From contig NC_006576.1 in NCBI RefSeq assembly GCF_000010065.1, positions 2,130,001-2,162,000 on the forward strand: a stretch of DNA of 32,000 nt, in the 5' to 3' direction. Made by a program: the position numbers and the translations under genes. This document shows, piece by piece, positions 10,422 to 20,272 of this stretch (the stretch's first letter is position 1; the number at the start of each line of letters is the position of its first letter). The notes under the pieces were generated by a model. That model was not told where the DNA came from. It did no database searches and was given only the letters and a program-made list of their open reading frames with translations. The DNA comes from Synechococcus elongatus PCC 6301. Lineage in GTDB: Bacteria; Cyanobacteriota; Cyanobacteriia; Synechococcales; Synechococcaceae.

Positions 10422-10823
10422 TTAGCCCATTAAAATGACGCGATTCAAGACATGAACAATGCCGTTATCACAGGCAATATCAGCAGACAAAACTGTCGCA
10501 TTTTTGATTTCAAACGGCTCTGCTCGTCCAATGGGAATTGGTGCGCCTTCTAACGAATCAACTGACGGGCGATCGATCAGGTCTGCTTTGGATAGAGCAC
10601 CTGCCGTAACGTGAAACTTGAGAATTCGAGCTAGTTGCGGCGGGTTCTGAACCAGCGTTGTCACTGTGCCCGGTGGTAGTGCTGCAAAAGCATCATCGGT
10701 AGGTGCAAAGACGGTAAAAGGACCGTCGCTATTGAGTGCATCGACTAAGCCAGCGACTTCAACGGCTGTGAGTAGCGTCTGAAAACAACCCGCCTCGCGG
10801 GCAACCTCAAGGATTTTGGCCAT
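10422..10823 (-). CDS. cupS: FAS1 (fasciclin) domain protein, probable CupS-like partner of the CO2-hydration NDH-1 complex
   Basis: 133 aa from ATG 10823 ([30 protein letters not shown]...[20 protein letters not shown]...[13 protein letters not shown]). It lies just downstream of the CO2 hydration gene. The longer track ORF overlaps that gene and is probably over-extended. Confidence 0.85.
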   Translation of the reverse strand: MAKILEVAREAGCFQTLLTAVEVAGLVDALNSDGPFTVFAPTDDAFAALPPGTVTTLVQNPPQLARILKFHVTAGALSKADLIDRPSVDSLEGAPIPIGRAEPFEIKNATVLSADIACDNGIVHVLNRVILMG

Positions 10824-10869
10824 GGTGTAGCAAGCCTGGGTGATAAGAAGTCCAGCAGAGCAAAAAAGA

Positions 10870-12162
10870 CTAGCGGTAGTCTTGGCTTTGGATGTCCGGC
10901 AGCCGTGCTTCGGGGCGTAGGAAGCGATCCATTTGCGCCTCAAAGAAAGCCCGATTGGCTTGCAGATGCACCGGATCTGTATCGTCCAGCGGATAGAGCA
11001 GCGCCGCCCGGAGGGCTTGAATGACAGCGGAGGTGACGTTGTACATCGACCGCTGGAAGGTGACGCCTAGCTGGATCAGAATGTCGTCTTCACCGCGACA
11101 GTGTTGCCGATACTCCTCGAGCAAGTAGGGTGGTAAGAAGTGCAACATGTCCTGCATCAGCAGCGTCGGCGGAATGCCGGCGGAACCGACAGGGAAGACG
11201 TCTGCATAGAGAATGCCGTAGTGGAAGTCTGCCTGTTGATCAGGCACTTGCTGAGCCTGAGCGTTGTAGGACTTGGTGCCACGGAAGGGGGCTGTGCGGT
11301 AGAACACTGCTTCCACGTAGGGCAGAGCTGCTTCATAGAGCCAGGTAAAGCCTGCCGACTTGGGAATAATCTCGAAGCACTCGCCGTTGATGAAGACGTG
11401 GTGATAGATCGGACGACCGGCGATCGCAAAAATACCGTTGACGAGGAAGTTCATGGCGTCCGGTACGCCCTTGAAGCCGCCTTCATCGTAGATGTCGCTC
11501 ATCTCGAAGAAGACCGGCGCCATCACTTCCCAGAACAATCCGAGGTTGGCGGTGTAGGAGAGCATCCGCACTTGCTCGAGGAACATCTCGGGGAAGAGCT
11601 TGTATAACCCCAGCATGAGCGGGTTGCCCTGGAAGTAGGCCCGGATGGCGCGATCGGCGTTTTGGCGGTACTCCTCACTTTCGAGGTAGTCATTGAAGCG
11701 TCCGCCCATGCCTTGGTGCCAAAGCATGGCGTCCATGCAGGCTTCGGCAAACTCCATGTTGACGCGATCGTGCCAGAGGTGATGCAGCCACTTGGGCAGT
11801 TTGCGCTTCAGTTCACCCTTCTGCATGAATTCCAGCAGCTCGGGGTGCGCTGTGGCAGGACCCCGCCAAATCCGGAGGTCAGCGTTGTCACCGGCGTAGG
11901 AGTTGGGGCGATCGAGATACTCCTGCGAGATGAAGTACTTGAAAGCCGGAATGGGGTTGAGAAACACCTGCTCAGCGATGTAGAGCAAGTCCCGCCAGTA
12001 GAAGTCCATCGGCACGGCGTAGGCCTTGTAGATGCCGATGATCTGCTTGAGGTTATCGGGCGTGTCCGGCAGCATTGAGCCGCCAGCTTCAAGCCGATGG
12101 ATCACCTCAGCAAAGCGGTGCTGAGAAGGGGGCAGGGGGGTGGTACGGGTTGTGACGGTCAT
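10870..12162 (-). CDS. chpY: CO2 hydration protein of the NDH-1 CO2-uptake complex (CupA/ChpY type judged most likely)
   Basis: 430 aa: [54 protein letters not shown]..., a conserved CupA/CupB family protein. The ndhF-ndhD-cup-FAS1 order favours CupA/ChpY. Confidence 0.88.
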   Translation of the reverse strand: MTVTTRTTPLPPSQHRFAEVIHRLEAGGSMLPDTPDNLKQIIGIYKAYAVPMDFYWRDLLYIAEQVFLNPIPAFKYFISQEYLDRPNSYAGDNADLRIWRGPATAHPELLEFMQKGELKRKLPKWLHHLWHDRVNMEFAEACMDAMLWHQGMGGRFNDYLESEEYRQNADRAIRAYFQGNPLMLGLYKLFPEMFLEQVRMLSYTANLGLFWEVMAPVFFEMSDIYDEGGFKGVPDAMNFLVNGIFAIAGRPIYHHVFINGECFEIIPKSAGFTWLYEAALPYVEAVFYRTAPFRGTKSYNAQAQQVPDQQADFHYGILYADVFPVGSAGIPPTLLMQDMLHFLPPYLLEEYRQHCRGEDDILIQLGVTFQRSMYNVTSAVIQALRAALLYPLDDTDPVHLQANRAFFEAQMDRFLRPEARLPDIQSQDYR

Positions 12163-12210
12163 TGCAGCATGCCTCGGAAGGTAGGGAGCGGTGGAAGACG
12201 CCAGAGTCCG

Positions 12211-13752
12211 TTACTGCAGGACGGCGGACAACGAAGGGGTTGGGAAGACGGGGGTCGATCGCGATCGCCCTTCCGCGATCGTGGATTGAAGCGGTTGGGG
12301 CAGGTGAGCAGCGATCGCCAGACTGCTGCTTTCGCTCCAGCGCACCAAGCCTTGCGGAGCCAGCCCTAACGCCATCACAGTGAGTGCAAGGACAACTGCC
12401 GGCCAGCGTTCGCTCACCGTCACTGGACGCCAGCGAGCTTCTTGGTTATCGAGTTTGCCAAAGCAAGCGCGGTTGATCAGGCTGACAAAGTAGACCGCAG
12501 TCAGCCCCGATGCAGCGATACAACCGACGGTCGCCCAAGGGAAGATGGCGAAGCTGCCTTGAAAGATCAGGAACTCTGCCACAAAGCCGACGAGTCCGGG
12601 GATTCCAGCGCTGGCCATGGCAGCCAAGAGCAACAGACCCGCCGTAAGCGGTAGACCGCGAATCGGATTGAGTAGACCTGAGAGTTGATCGCGATCGCGG
12701 CGACCCGTGACCCGCTCGATCGTGCCGACAAGCTGGAACAACAGCGCCAAAATTAAGCCGTGAGCAACCATTTGCGCGATCGCCCTTTGCAGAGCCAAGG
12801 GAGTACCAGCCGCGAGCGCCAGCAGCAGAGTCCCCATGTGGCCGATGGAGCTAAAGGCTACCAAGCGTTGCAGGTCAGTCTGACGCAGGGCGTTGAGGCT
12901 GCCGTAGAGAGCGGTCACGGCAGCGAGCACAGCCAGGCTCGGTGCAATCAGAGACCAGGCTTCGGGGAAGAAGCTGCAGCCAAACCGGAACAGACCATAG
13001 CCGCCCAGTTTGGCGATCGCGCCACCCAAGAGCATGGCGATCGCCGGGGATGCTTGACCGTAGGCCGCAGGTTGCCAGCTGTGGAAGGGTACCAACGGCA
13101 GCTTGATCGCGAAGGCAGCGACAAACAGCAGCAGCAGGGGTAGCTGCAGGGCCAAGGGCAGCTCAATCGTCTGGAGCTGATCAAAGGCAAAGCTAAAGGG
13201 TTGGCTGCTCAGGACGGCGGTCGCGATTGCCCCCAATAGCAGCAAGATGCCAGAAATGGCCGTGAAAATCAGGAAGCGCGTTGCGGCAGGACCCCGTTGT
13301 TCTCCCCCCCAGATTGAGATCAGGAGGTACATCGGAATCAGTTCCAGCTCATAGCCGAGTACAAACAGCAGCAAGTCACGAGACAGCAGCGCGATCGCCA
13401 TGCCTGCAGCCGCCAGAAAAATCAGGCTGTAGCAGAGGCGCGGACGCGTTTGATCGGTGGGACTCGACGCGATTGCCAGCAGGGTGAGCAAGCTAGAGAG
13501 CAGCAATAGCGGCAGCGAAAGACCATCGAGGCCTAGGCTGAAATGAATTCCGAGGGAGGGCAGCCATCCCCAGTCGATCGCCTGTTGCGGTTCGGCGACT
13601 GCCGGGTCAAAGCCCATCAACAAACTGCCCGACAGCACCAAAATGGCACTGGCTGCTGCAATTGCCCAGCGACGGATTTGAGCGCTGTCCTGACTGCCCA
13701 AGGACAGTAGGGAAGCTCCAAGGATCGCTGTAATTAAAAGCACCAACATCAT
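12211..13752 (-). CDS. ndhD3: NAD(P)H-quinone oxidoreductase subunit D (NdhD3 type)
   Basis: 513 aa polytopic protein with NdhD/NuoM signatures (FVLGYELELIPMYLLISIWGG, AFAIKLPLVPFHSWQPAAYG, LVAFSSIGHMG). The D3 versus D4 assignment comes from context. Confidence 0.87.
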   Translation of the reverse strand: MMLVLLITAILGASLLSLGSQDSAQIRRWAIAAASAILVLSGSLLMGFDPAVAEPQQAIDWGWLPSLGIHFSLGLDGLSLPLLLLSSLLTLLAIASSPTDQTRPRLCYSLIFLAAAGMAIALLSRDLLLFVLGYELELIPMYLLISIWGGEQRGPAATRFLIFTAISGILLLLGAIATAVLSSQPFSFAFDQLQTIELPLALQLPLLLLFVAAFAIKLPLVPFHSWQPAAYGQASPAIAMLLGGAIAKLGGYGLFRFGCSFFPEAWSLIAPSLAVLAAVTALYGSLNALRQTDLQRLVAFSSIGHMGTLLLALAAGTPLALQRAIAQMVAHGLILALLFQLVGTIERVTGRRDRDQLSGLLNPIRGLPLTAGLLLLAAMASAGIPGLVGFVAEFLIFQGSFAIFPWATVGCIAASGLTAVYFVSLINRACFGKLDNQEARWRPVTVSERWPAVVLALTVMALGLAPQGLVRWSESSSLAIAAHLPQPLQSTIAEGRSRSTPVFPTPSLSAVLQ

Positions 13753-13763
13753 GTCATTTCCTC

Positions 13764-15614
13764 CTAAAGCAGACCGAGGACGAAAGACTGCCGCAGGAAC
13801 GGCATCAGGAAGAAGACACTGCCCACCGCGATCGCGAGCAACATCGTCAAGGCATAGCCCTGGGTGCGCCCGGAAACGTTGTAGCGCAGGCCTTGGCCGC
13901 TACCGAGGGTGATCAGACCCATCAGCGTGGCGGTGCCATCAACGATCGTGCGATCGAGGAATTGCAGGACGGTCGCCACGAAGCTGACACTCGCGACAAT
14001 CGTGCGGCGATAAAGGATTGGCGTGTAGAAGTCCTGGGCAAAGAAGTTTTGTAAGCCTTGCCAAGGCAGTTGGACCGGTTGATTACGAGCCGGTCCATAG
14101 TGGACAACGGTGCCCGTTGCCACCCCAACCAAGCTGGCCCAGACCAAAGGAATTGCCAGATTGTTCAACTGGGGCAAGAGGCCAGCCTGAGCTAGCAAGA
14201 TCGGCAAGTGTAGTGTCAATCCAGCCAGGACCAGCATCGGCAGCACCATCAGCCAAAGCACCTCCGCCGATCGCACCGACATTGCCTTGCTCGGGCCGCC
14301 CCAGACGCGGGCGAAGATCCGAGCGAGACCAAAACCGACAGCAGCCAAGACAAAGACCAGGACAATTACCAGCCAAGGTGAAACTGGCCAGAGACCTTCG
14401 GCCATACCTAACCAAGCCCAGAACCCACCGAATGGAGGCATGGCCAGCAGCGACAGACCGCCCAAGGCAAAGGCCAGCGCCGGCAGCGGACGACGGGACC
14501 AGAGACCCCCCAACTGAGTGATGTCTTGGCTGATGTTGCGAATCACAATGGTGCCGACGCTCATCATCAACAGCGCCATCGATAGGCTATAGACCAGCAA
14601 GAGCCGCTCGGCTGCGATGGTTTGACCGGCACCCACGGCGATGAAGACGAGGCCCATCCAGGTGCTGACAAGGTAGGACAGCGCCCGTTTGACATCCACC
14701 TGGGCGATCGCAATCAAGCTGGCGCAGATGGCAGTGACGACCCCGACGCTAATCAGCAGGGTTTCGGCAACAGGTACTGCTGCGATGATCGGCTGGATGC
14801 GAATCAGCACCCAAGCCCCAGAGACAACGACGATCGCGTTCCGCAGGATAGTCGAGGGCAAAGGCCCCTCCATGGCTTCATCGAGCCAGAGGTGGAAGGG
14901 GAATTGCGCACATTTACCCAAGGGGCCGGCAATCAACGCGATCGCGATCGCGGTTAGAGCCAGAGAAGGTTCCGCTGTCGAGGCCCATTCAGCCAGTTGG
15001 TCAAAGTTCCAAGTCCCTGCCAGCGGCAGCAGCCCCAAGACGCCAACCAGCAGGATCAAGTCTCCAATCCGCTTGGTCAAGAACGCATCGCGTGCGCCGG
15101 TCAGAACCAACGGCTGGTTGTACCAATAGCCAACGATCAGGTAGGTCCCCAGCGTCAACATCTCGAGGATGACGTAGCTGAAGAAGAGCGAGTCGCAGAG
15201 TACCAAACCGCTCAACCCCGCCTCGAACAGACTGAGGTAGCCAAAGAAGCGCGCCCAGCCCCAGTCCCGCTTTAGGTAGCCAATGGCATAGATCTGGGAG
15301 AACCAGGTCAGCCCGGTGATTACAGTCAAGGCAACTAGGGCCGCTGTCGTGCTGGACCAATCAAAGCTCAACTCGAAGCCCACGGTGTTGAGCCAGCGGA
15401 AGGAGCCTTGTGCGGGTTGCATTGCCCAGAGCGCCAACAGGGAATGCAGAAAGGCAACACCACTGGCAATAACGTTGACATAGCCAGACGGACGCGGCCC
15501 GGTCAGGCGAATCAGCCCAGGAGACCACAGCAAGGAAGCGATCGCGCCGAATAGGGAGTAGCCAGGAATCAGCCAGACGCTCTGGCTGGCAGCAGAAAGC
15601 ATCACAACCTCCAA
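13764..15614 (-). CDS. ndhF3: NAD(P)H-quinone oxidoreductase subunit F (NdhF3 type)
   Basis: 616 aa polytopic NdhF/NuoL-like protein (FLRTFAR-type core: KCAQFPFHLWLDEAMEGPLPSTILRNAIVVVSGAWVLIR). First gene of the operon, with GGAGG upstream of ATG 15614. Confidence 0.87.
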   Translation of the reverse strand: MEVVMLSAASQSVWLIPGYSLFGAIASLLWSPGLIRLTGPRPSGYVNVIASGVAFLHSLLALWAMQPAQGSFRWLNTVGFELSFDWSSTTAALVALTVITGLTWFSQIYAIGYLKRDWGWARFFGYLSLFEAGLSGLVLCDSLFFSYVILEMLTLGTYLIVGYWYNQPLVLTGARDAFLTKRIGDLILLVGVLGLLPLAGTWNFDQLAEWASTAEPSLALTAIAIALIAGPLGKCAQFPFHLWLDEAMEGPLPSTILRNAIVVVSGAWVLIRIQPIIAAVPVAETLLISVGVVTAICASLIAIAQVDVKRALSYLVSTWMGLVFIAVGAGQTIAAERLLLVYSLSMALLMMSVGTIVIRNISQDITQLGGLWSRRPLPALAFALGGLSLLAMPPFGGFWAWLGMAEGLWPVSPWLVIVLVFVLAAVGFGLARIFARVWGGPSKAMSVRSAEVLWLMVLPMLVLAGLTLHLPILLAQAGLLPQLNNLAIPLVWASLVGVATGTVVHYGPARNQPVQLPWQGLQNFFAQDFYTPILYRRTIVASVSFVATVLQFLDRTIVDGTATLMGLITLGSGQGLRYNVSGRTQGYALTMLLAIAVGSVFFLMPFLRQSFVLGLL

Positions 15615-15852
15615 GGTGCGGAACTAGACCCCTCTGCAAAACCAGAGGTGAGGAGCAGTTGGTTTTAAGAAAATCTATGATTTCTGAAAATACTAGGGGA
15701 TAAATCTATGGGTTGATCCCCCAAGACCCGCAGAAATTTTCAATCGACACCCCAAGCGAAACTTATCGATGCCAATTCACAGACTGAGCAAAATCCGTTC
15801 ACTTGGGGGGACGTCTCGGAACCTTGGGCTGGATAACCAGCAACAACGACCC
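15615..15852 (-). promoter_or_regulatory. Upstream regulatory region of the ndhF-led operon
   Basis: AT-rich intergenic region with the 9-bp direct repeat AAATCTATG (15671-15679 and 15702-15710), the inverted repeat AAATC-TAT-GATTT (15671-15683), and a leader hairpin CCTCTG/CAGAGG (15631-15648). Confidence 0.55.
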
Positions 15853-17190
15853 CTAGAGAACGTGCAAGAGGTTGGCAATTGCCTGCACTAAGGGTAAGGC
15901 TTCTAGCTGCGTAATTGCCTGCCGCATGATCCCTTCTTGCACCTCGTGGGTAATCACCACCAGCTCAGCCGTTTCGCCACTGACGTCTGTCTGGACGATC
16001 GACTCGAGGCTAATCCCCTGCTCACCAAAGATTGTGCCGACTTTGCCGATGACGCCGGGGCTGTCTTGAACGACGATGCGTAGGTAAAAACGAGCGGCGG
16101 TTTCGGCCGCTGGCGCCAGCTCCACAGTTTGGAGATAGCGGCAAGCCAGCAGCGGGTCGAGGTGATCGCGATCGCTGCCAGCACTGAGGACAGCAGCGAT
16201 GTTGAGGATGTCAGCCACCACGGCACTAGCCGTTGGTCCTGCCCCCGCCCCGGGCCCAAAGAACATGACCTGTCCGACGGGGTCGCCCTCGACCAAGATG
16301 GCGTTGTAGACATCGTTGACGCTGGCGAGGGGATGGCTGAGGGGTACCAAGGTCGGATAGACGCTCGCTTCCAGCCGCCAAGTATCGCCCTGGTGCTGCC
16401 GTTTGGCCTTGGCTAACAGCTTGATCGTGAAGCCCAATCCTTCGGCGTAGGCAATATCGCTGGCTGTAATTGCCCGGATCCCTTCGCAGGTAATTTGCGA
16501 TCGCTCGACCCGTCCGCCAAAGGCAAGAGAAGCCAGGATGGCAATTTTGTCTGCTGCATCCCAGCCATCAACATCGGCGGTGGGATCGGCTTCGGCATAG
16601 CCCAGCCGCTGGGCATCGGCCAAAATGGGACCAAAATCCCCGCCCTCGCGCTGCATGCGCGTCAGGATGTAGTTGGTCGTGCCGTTGATGATGCCCAGAA
16701 TGCCCTGGATACGGTTGGCACAGAGCGATTGCTTCAGGGGCTCGATCACCGGAATGCCGCCGCCGACTGCTGCCTCTAGCAGCACGTACACACCCGCATC
16801 AGCTGCCGCTGCAAAAATTTCCTCGCCGTAGCGAGCAATCACCGCTTTATTGGCGGTCACCACATGCTTACCGTGGGCGATCGCAGTCAGGATCAGGCTG
16901 CGCGACGGTTCTAGGCCACCCAGCAGCTCGACCACAATATCCACGGCTGGATCGCGAACAATACTCTCCAGATCAGTGGTAAGGCGATCGCGAGAAATGT
17001 CGACGCTGCGGGGTTTGTCGAGGCTACGCACCCCTACCCGATACAGCTCCAGTTCTTGCAGCAGGGGTTGCCGATCTGCAGGGTCTAGCAAAATTTGTGC
17101 TGTGCCAGTACCAACGGTCCCCAGCCCCAACAGCCCAACCTTAAATGTCACTCGTTGTTTCCAATCATCGACCGATACGGCTTGCACCAT
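15853..17190 (-). CDS. hom: Homoserine dehydrogenase
   Basis: 445 aa: VGLLGLGTVGTG, VVELLGGLEPSRSLI, GHVVTANKAVIA, GIINGTTNYILTRM, YAEADPTADVDGWDAADKIAILA, C-terminal ACT-like domain. Confidence 0.95.
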   Translation of the reverse strand: MVQAVSVDDWKQRVTFKVGLLGLGTVGTGTAQILLDPADRQPLLQELELYRVGVRSLDKPRSVDISRDRLTTDLESIVRDPAVDIVVELLGGLEPSRSLILTAIAHGKHVVTANKAVIARYGEEIFAAAADAGVYVLLEAAVGGGIPVIEPLKQSLCANRIQGILGIINGTTNYILTRMQREGGDFGPILADAQRLGYAEADPTADVDGWDAADKIAILASLAFGGRVERSQITCEGIRAITASDIAYAEGLGFTIKLLAKAKRQHQGDTWRLEASVYPTLVPLSHPLASVNDVYNAILVEGDPVGQVMFFGPGAGAGPTASAVVADILNIAAVLSAGSDRDHLDPLLACRYLQTVELAPAAETAARFYLRIVVQDSPGVIGKVGTIFGEQGISLESIVQTDVSGETAELVVITHEVQEGIMRQAITQLEALPLVQAIANLLHVL

Positions 17191-17446
17191 TGTTGCGTAC
17201 CCTTGGTCGCTCGCAGCGATCGCTCAGCGATGTTCCCTGGCAATTGCTGGATGAGGACTAGCTCCTGCCGCAGCAATTCCAGATTGCTGAGTCGGGGCTC
17301 TTGCGGGGAGTGCCCAACTTAAACAGTTGTTGACAGACTACTTTCGACCACAGCCAGCGAGTGGGCTGAGCCGTTATTGTGGACAGCAACGACGCCACAC
17401 AGAACTCTGTGGGTGTTTAGTCCCTTGGTAAGTACAGAACAGCACT

Positions 17447-18361
17447 ATGGTGCGCAAACGTCCGACTCCTTGGCTGCATCGTTGGTCACGGCCAATCATC
17501 CTCTTCCTAGCCACCATTGGCTTGCTAGACACGGGCTACATCACCCTAGAGAAGTTCGGCATTATTCAACAGACAGTTTGCCCCCTGTTTGGGGGTGGCT
17601 GCTCCCAAGTCCTGAATAGCCCCTACGCGGTGTTCTTTGGCCTGCCGCTATCGCTGTTTGGGGCGATCGCGTACTTCAGTGCTGGTGCTCTGGCTGCGAT
17701 TCCCCTGTTTGTCAAAGCGGAGCAAGCCAAAAGCCTGCGCTTACAGCTTGAGAAAACCACTTGGCTCCTACTGTTTCTGCTCTCGACAGCCATGGTGGTC
17801 TTTAGCGCCTACCTCATCTACCTGATGGCCTACGAGATCAAAGCCTTTTGCTTCTTCTGCGTGGGCTCTGCCATCCTCTCGTTGGGAATTTTTCTCGTGT
17901 CACTCTTTGGTCACGACTGGGAAGATCTCGGTCAGGTCCTGTTTGGCGGCTTCATCACTGCGATTGCTGTGTTAGTGACCCTGCTAGGAATCTATGCCGG
18001 TGGCAGTGAGAATCCGGCCTTGGCCGATCAAGGTCAGACCGGCCCGCCAATCGTCAATGTTTCCAAGCCAGCTGCGGTGTCCTTAGCTGAATACCTGACC
18101 AAGACAGGCGCCAAGATGTACAGCGCTTACTGGTGCCCTCACTGTCACGACCAAAAAGAACTGTTTGGTCAACAAGCGGTTCAAAAACTGGATGTTGTGG
18201 AATGTGATCCCCAAGGTCGCAATGCTCGCCCCCAACTGTGTCAGCAAGCTGGCATTCAAGGGTTCCCAACTTGGGAAATTAATGGGAAACAGTATTCCGG
18301 TACGCGGCCCCTCCAAGAACTGGCGAAACTGTCGGGTTATACCGGTCCGCAAAACTTCTAG
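17447..18361 (+). CDS. Vitamin K epoxide reductase-thioredoxin fusion (membrane thiol oxidoreductase)
   Basis: 304 aa: VKOR domain (CPLFGGGCSQVLNSPYAVFFGLPLSLFG, ...CFFCVGSA) followed by a Trx-like domain (AYWCPHCHDQKELFG...GIQGFPTWEINGKQYSG). Confidence 0.93.
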   Translation: MVRKRPTPWLHRWSRPIILFLATIGLLDTGYITLEKFGIIQQTVCPLFGGGCSQVLNSPYAVFFGLPLSLFGAIAYFSAGALAAIPLFVKAEQAKSLRLQLEKTTWLLLFLLSTAMVVFSAYLIYLMAYEIKAFCFFCVGSAILSLGIFLVSLFGHDWEDLGQVLFGGFITAIAVLVTLLGIYAGGSENPALADQGQTGPPIVNVSKPAAVSLAEYLTKTGAKMYSAYWCPHCHDQKELFGQQAVQKLDVVECDPQGRNARPQLCQQAGIQGFPTWEINGKQYSGTRPLQELAKLSGYTGPQNF

Positions 18362-18411
18362 ATTTTCAGAGCCTCTAACCATTTGAGAGAGTGCTGAAAT
18401 CACTTCCCTAG

Positions 18412-18433
18412 GGCCGCTATCGCGGCCTTTTTT
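18412..18433 (+). terminator. Rho-independent terminator after the VKOR gene
   Basis: GGCCGC-TATC-GCGGCC stem-loop followed by T6. Confidence 0.93.
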
Positions 18434-18715
18434 ATGGTGGTCAGATGTTGCTTGACTCCGATTTCCATAAGCAACAGCGACTGAAGATTGCGCTGGACTA
18501 AGCAATGAGCGGGCTCGAGCTGGATAGGCGATCGCCCCCCGCCAAGGTTTTTTGGGTGAGTCACTGGTCAACAGAAGCGATCGCTCTGCGTGAGACAGAC
18601 TGCTACTGACCTCGAGTTGGCAGCTAACCAGGGCAGACTAATCCGTGAGCCGCCCCAATCCATTCACTGCGCAAAGTCAGGGCTAGCGGGTGGATTCAGT
18701 TGAATGACTGGACCG

Positions 18716-19030
18716 CTACTCAGCCGTGCTTAACAACATCTCAGCCCAAGCATTCGCCTGAGCAGGGCCAGCATTGGTCGGTTGATTCAGTTCCATCAGC
18801 CAACCCAGAGATTCCTCGCCCCAGTCGGGAGCGATCGCTTGCTGTCCCGAGTAGCCGAGATACCCCATGTAGCTGTTCGTCAGCATGTAGACCGCCACTA
18901 GGGCAGCCGCAGCCGAAGAGACCAGGAATCCTGCCAACATTAGTGAGAACTCACGACGGTCGATCGCTTGCCGCATTAGCTGCAAGGCCCAAAGCACAAG
19001 GGCTACGACGACTAGCAGGATCAAGAACAT
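18716..19030 (-). CDS. Small membrane protein, hypothetical
   Basis: 104 aa with two hydrophobic segments (MFLILLVVVALVLWAL; LMLAGFLVSSAAAALVAVYMLT). Ends at TCA 18716-18718. Confidence 0.7.
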   Translation of the reverse strand: MFLILLVVVALVLWALQLMRQAIDRREFSLMLAGFLVSSAAAALVAVYMLTNSYMGYLGYSGQQAIAPDWGEESLGWLMELNQPTNAGPAQANAWAEMLLSTAE

Positions 19031-19115
19031 TCGGCCACAGGGGTCAAGGGGATTTGGGGGCGCTGTTAACTATTGTAAAGTTTTTCCCAGGTTTAGTCCC
19101 TGCACCTGCTCTTTC

Positions 19116-19883
19116 TTAAGGTCTTGTGGGGATTTGCGCCGATCGCAGGTGGTCTTTGATTTCAGCGATGGTGAGCTGGCCGTAGTGTAGGAGCGAGGCT
19201 AGCAGTGCTGCTTCGGCGTGCCCGGTGCGAAAGGCTTCAGCAATGTCTTCGCAGGTGCCTGCACCGCCGGAGGCAATCACGGGAATTTCAACGCGATCGG
19301 CGATCGCACGGGTCAGCTCCAAGTCGTAGCCTGCCTGAGTACCATCGGCATCCATGCTTGTGACCAGCAACTCGCCCGCGCCGTTACGGGCGACGGTTTC
19401 TGCCCAAGTCAGGGCATCAATCCCAGTGTTTTCGCGGCCACCGCGCACATAGACATCCCAACCCGGATTGTCGGGATCTGTGCGACGACGGGCATCGATC
19501 GCCACCACAATGCACTGACTCCCGAAGCGATCGCTGGCACGACGAATCAGATCGGGGTCACGCGCAGCAGCAGAGTTAATGCTGACCTTATCGGCTCCAG
19601 CCCGTGGCAATTGTCGGATCGTCTCAAGGTCATTAATGCCGCCGCTCACGGTCAGCGGAATGAAGACTTGCTCGGCAGTCCGATAGACCACATCCACCAA
19701 GATCTGACGCTCTTCATGGGTAGCCGCGATATCGAGGAAGACCAGCTCATCGGCACCGGCTGCATCGTAGGCCTGCGCGAGTTCAACCGGATCACCCGCA
19801 TCGCGCAAATCAACAAAGTTGACCCCTTTGACAACACGCCCCGCTTTGACATCGAGGCAGGGCAAAATGCGCTTGGCAAGCAT
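19116..19883 (-). CDS. hisF: Imidazole glycerol phosphate synthase cyclase subunit
   Basis: [36 protein letters not shown]...[19 protein letters not shown]...[13 protein letters not shown] is canonical HisF. Confidence 0.97.
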   Translation of the reverse strand: MLAKRILPCLDVKAGRVVKGVNFVDLRDAGDPVELAQAYDAAGADELVFLDIAATHEERQILVDVVYRTAEQVFIPLTVSGGINDLETIRQLPRAGADKVSINSAAARDPDLIRRASDRFGSQCIVVAIDARRRTDPDNPGWDVYVRGGRENTGIDALTWAETVARNGAGELLVTSMDADGTQAGYDLELTRAIADRVEIPVIASGGAGTCEDIAEAFRTGHAEAALLASLLHYGQLTIAEIKDHLRSAQIPTRP

Positions 19884-20040
19884 GGGGTCCGACTAGAGCA
19901 GCAACTTCTCTCCACTCTACGATTTGGACCAAGGGCTGCGATCGCTTGGCCTAGGGCGGAGGGTCCGTCTTCGCAACCAGCGGTGTCGGGGGAAACAGGC
20001 TGATAGACTGAAAAGCGGCCTATGTACAGACGACTCAATC

Positions 20041-20241
20041 ATGGAGATTGGACAAAAAGTTCGGGTTCGCCGCATCCGCGATCGCGTGCCTGCAGAATTG
20101 GTGAGCCGTTTGCAACAATCTCCGGTCGGCGTGATCAAGGCGTTCAAGATTGTCGATGGCAAAGGTCTGGGCGTCATTGTCCAGTTTGGCAACGACTTCA
20201 GCACTTGGTTCTTTGAAGACGAAGTTCAACTCGAAGCCTAG
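20041..20241 (+). CDS. petP: Cytochrome b6f-associated small subunit (PetP, DUF2862 type)
   Basis: 66 aa from ATG 20041: MEIGQKVRVRRIRDRVPAELVSRL...GVIKAFKIVDGKGLGVIVQFGNDFSTWFFEDEVQLEA. The track ORF begins earlier, at 19924. Confidence 0.8.
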   Translation: MEIGQKVRVRRIRDRVPAELVSRLQQSPVGVIKAFKIVDGKGLGVIVQFGNDFSTWFFEDEVQLEA

Positions 20242-20272
20242 GGGCTAAGGTGCGGGGTCTCAGCGGGCCAGC

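Noticed and set aside
10824-10943. N-terminal extension of the FAS1 protein as a possible signal peptide
   Set aside because: It overlaps the CO2 hydration gene. The alternative ATG 10823 gives a compact FAS1 protein and the extension starts with charged residues.
11140-11607. 155-aa plus-strand ORF inside the CO2 hydration gene, with similar ORFs at 11130-11348 and 11662-12078
   Set aside because: These are antisense to a strongly conserved protein, have no recognisable domains and lack a clear ribosome-binding site.
14018-14521. 167-aa plus-strand ORF inside ndhF
   Set aside because: It lies fully antisense to a well-supported NdhF gene, is of low complexity (Pro/Arg/Ala-rich) and looks like a by-product of high GC content.
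18700-19119. 139-aa plus-strand ORF opposite the small membrane protein
   Set aside because: The minus-strand ORF has coherent transmembrane segments. This one is Pro/Arg/Ser-rich with no domain signature.
19218-20003. 261-aa plus-strand ORF opposite hisF
   Set aside because: It is almost entirely antisense to canonical hisF. Its length is likely due to codon bias in the opposite frame.
20022-20216. ORFs overlapping petP in other frames (20022-20216, 20035-20229)
   Set aside because: PetP (ATG 20041) matches a known family. The overlapping frames are arginine-rich out-of-frame translations.
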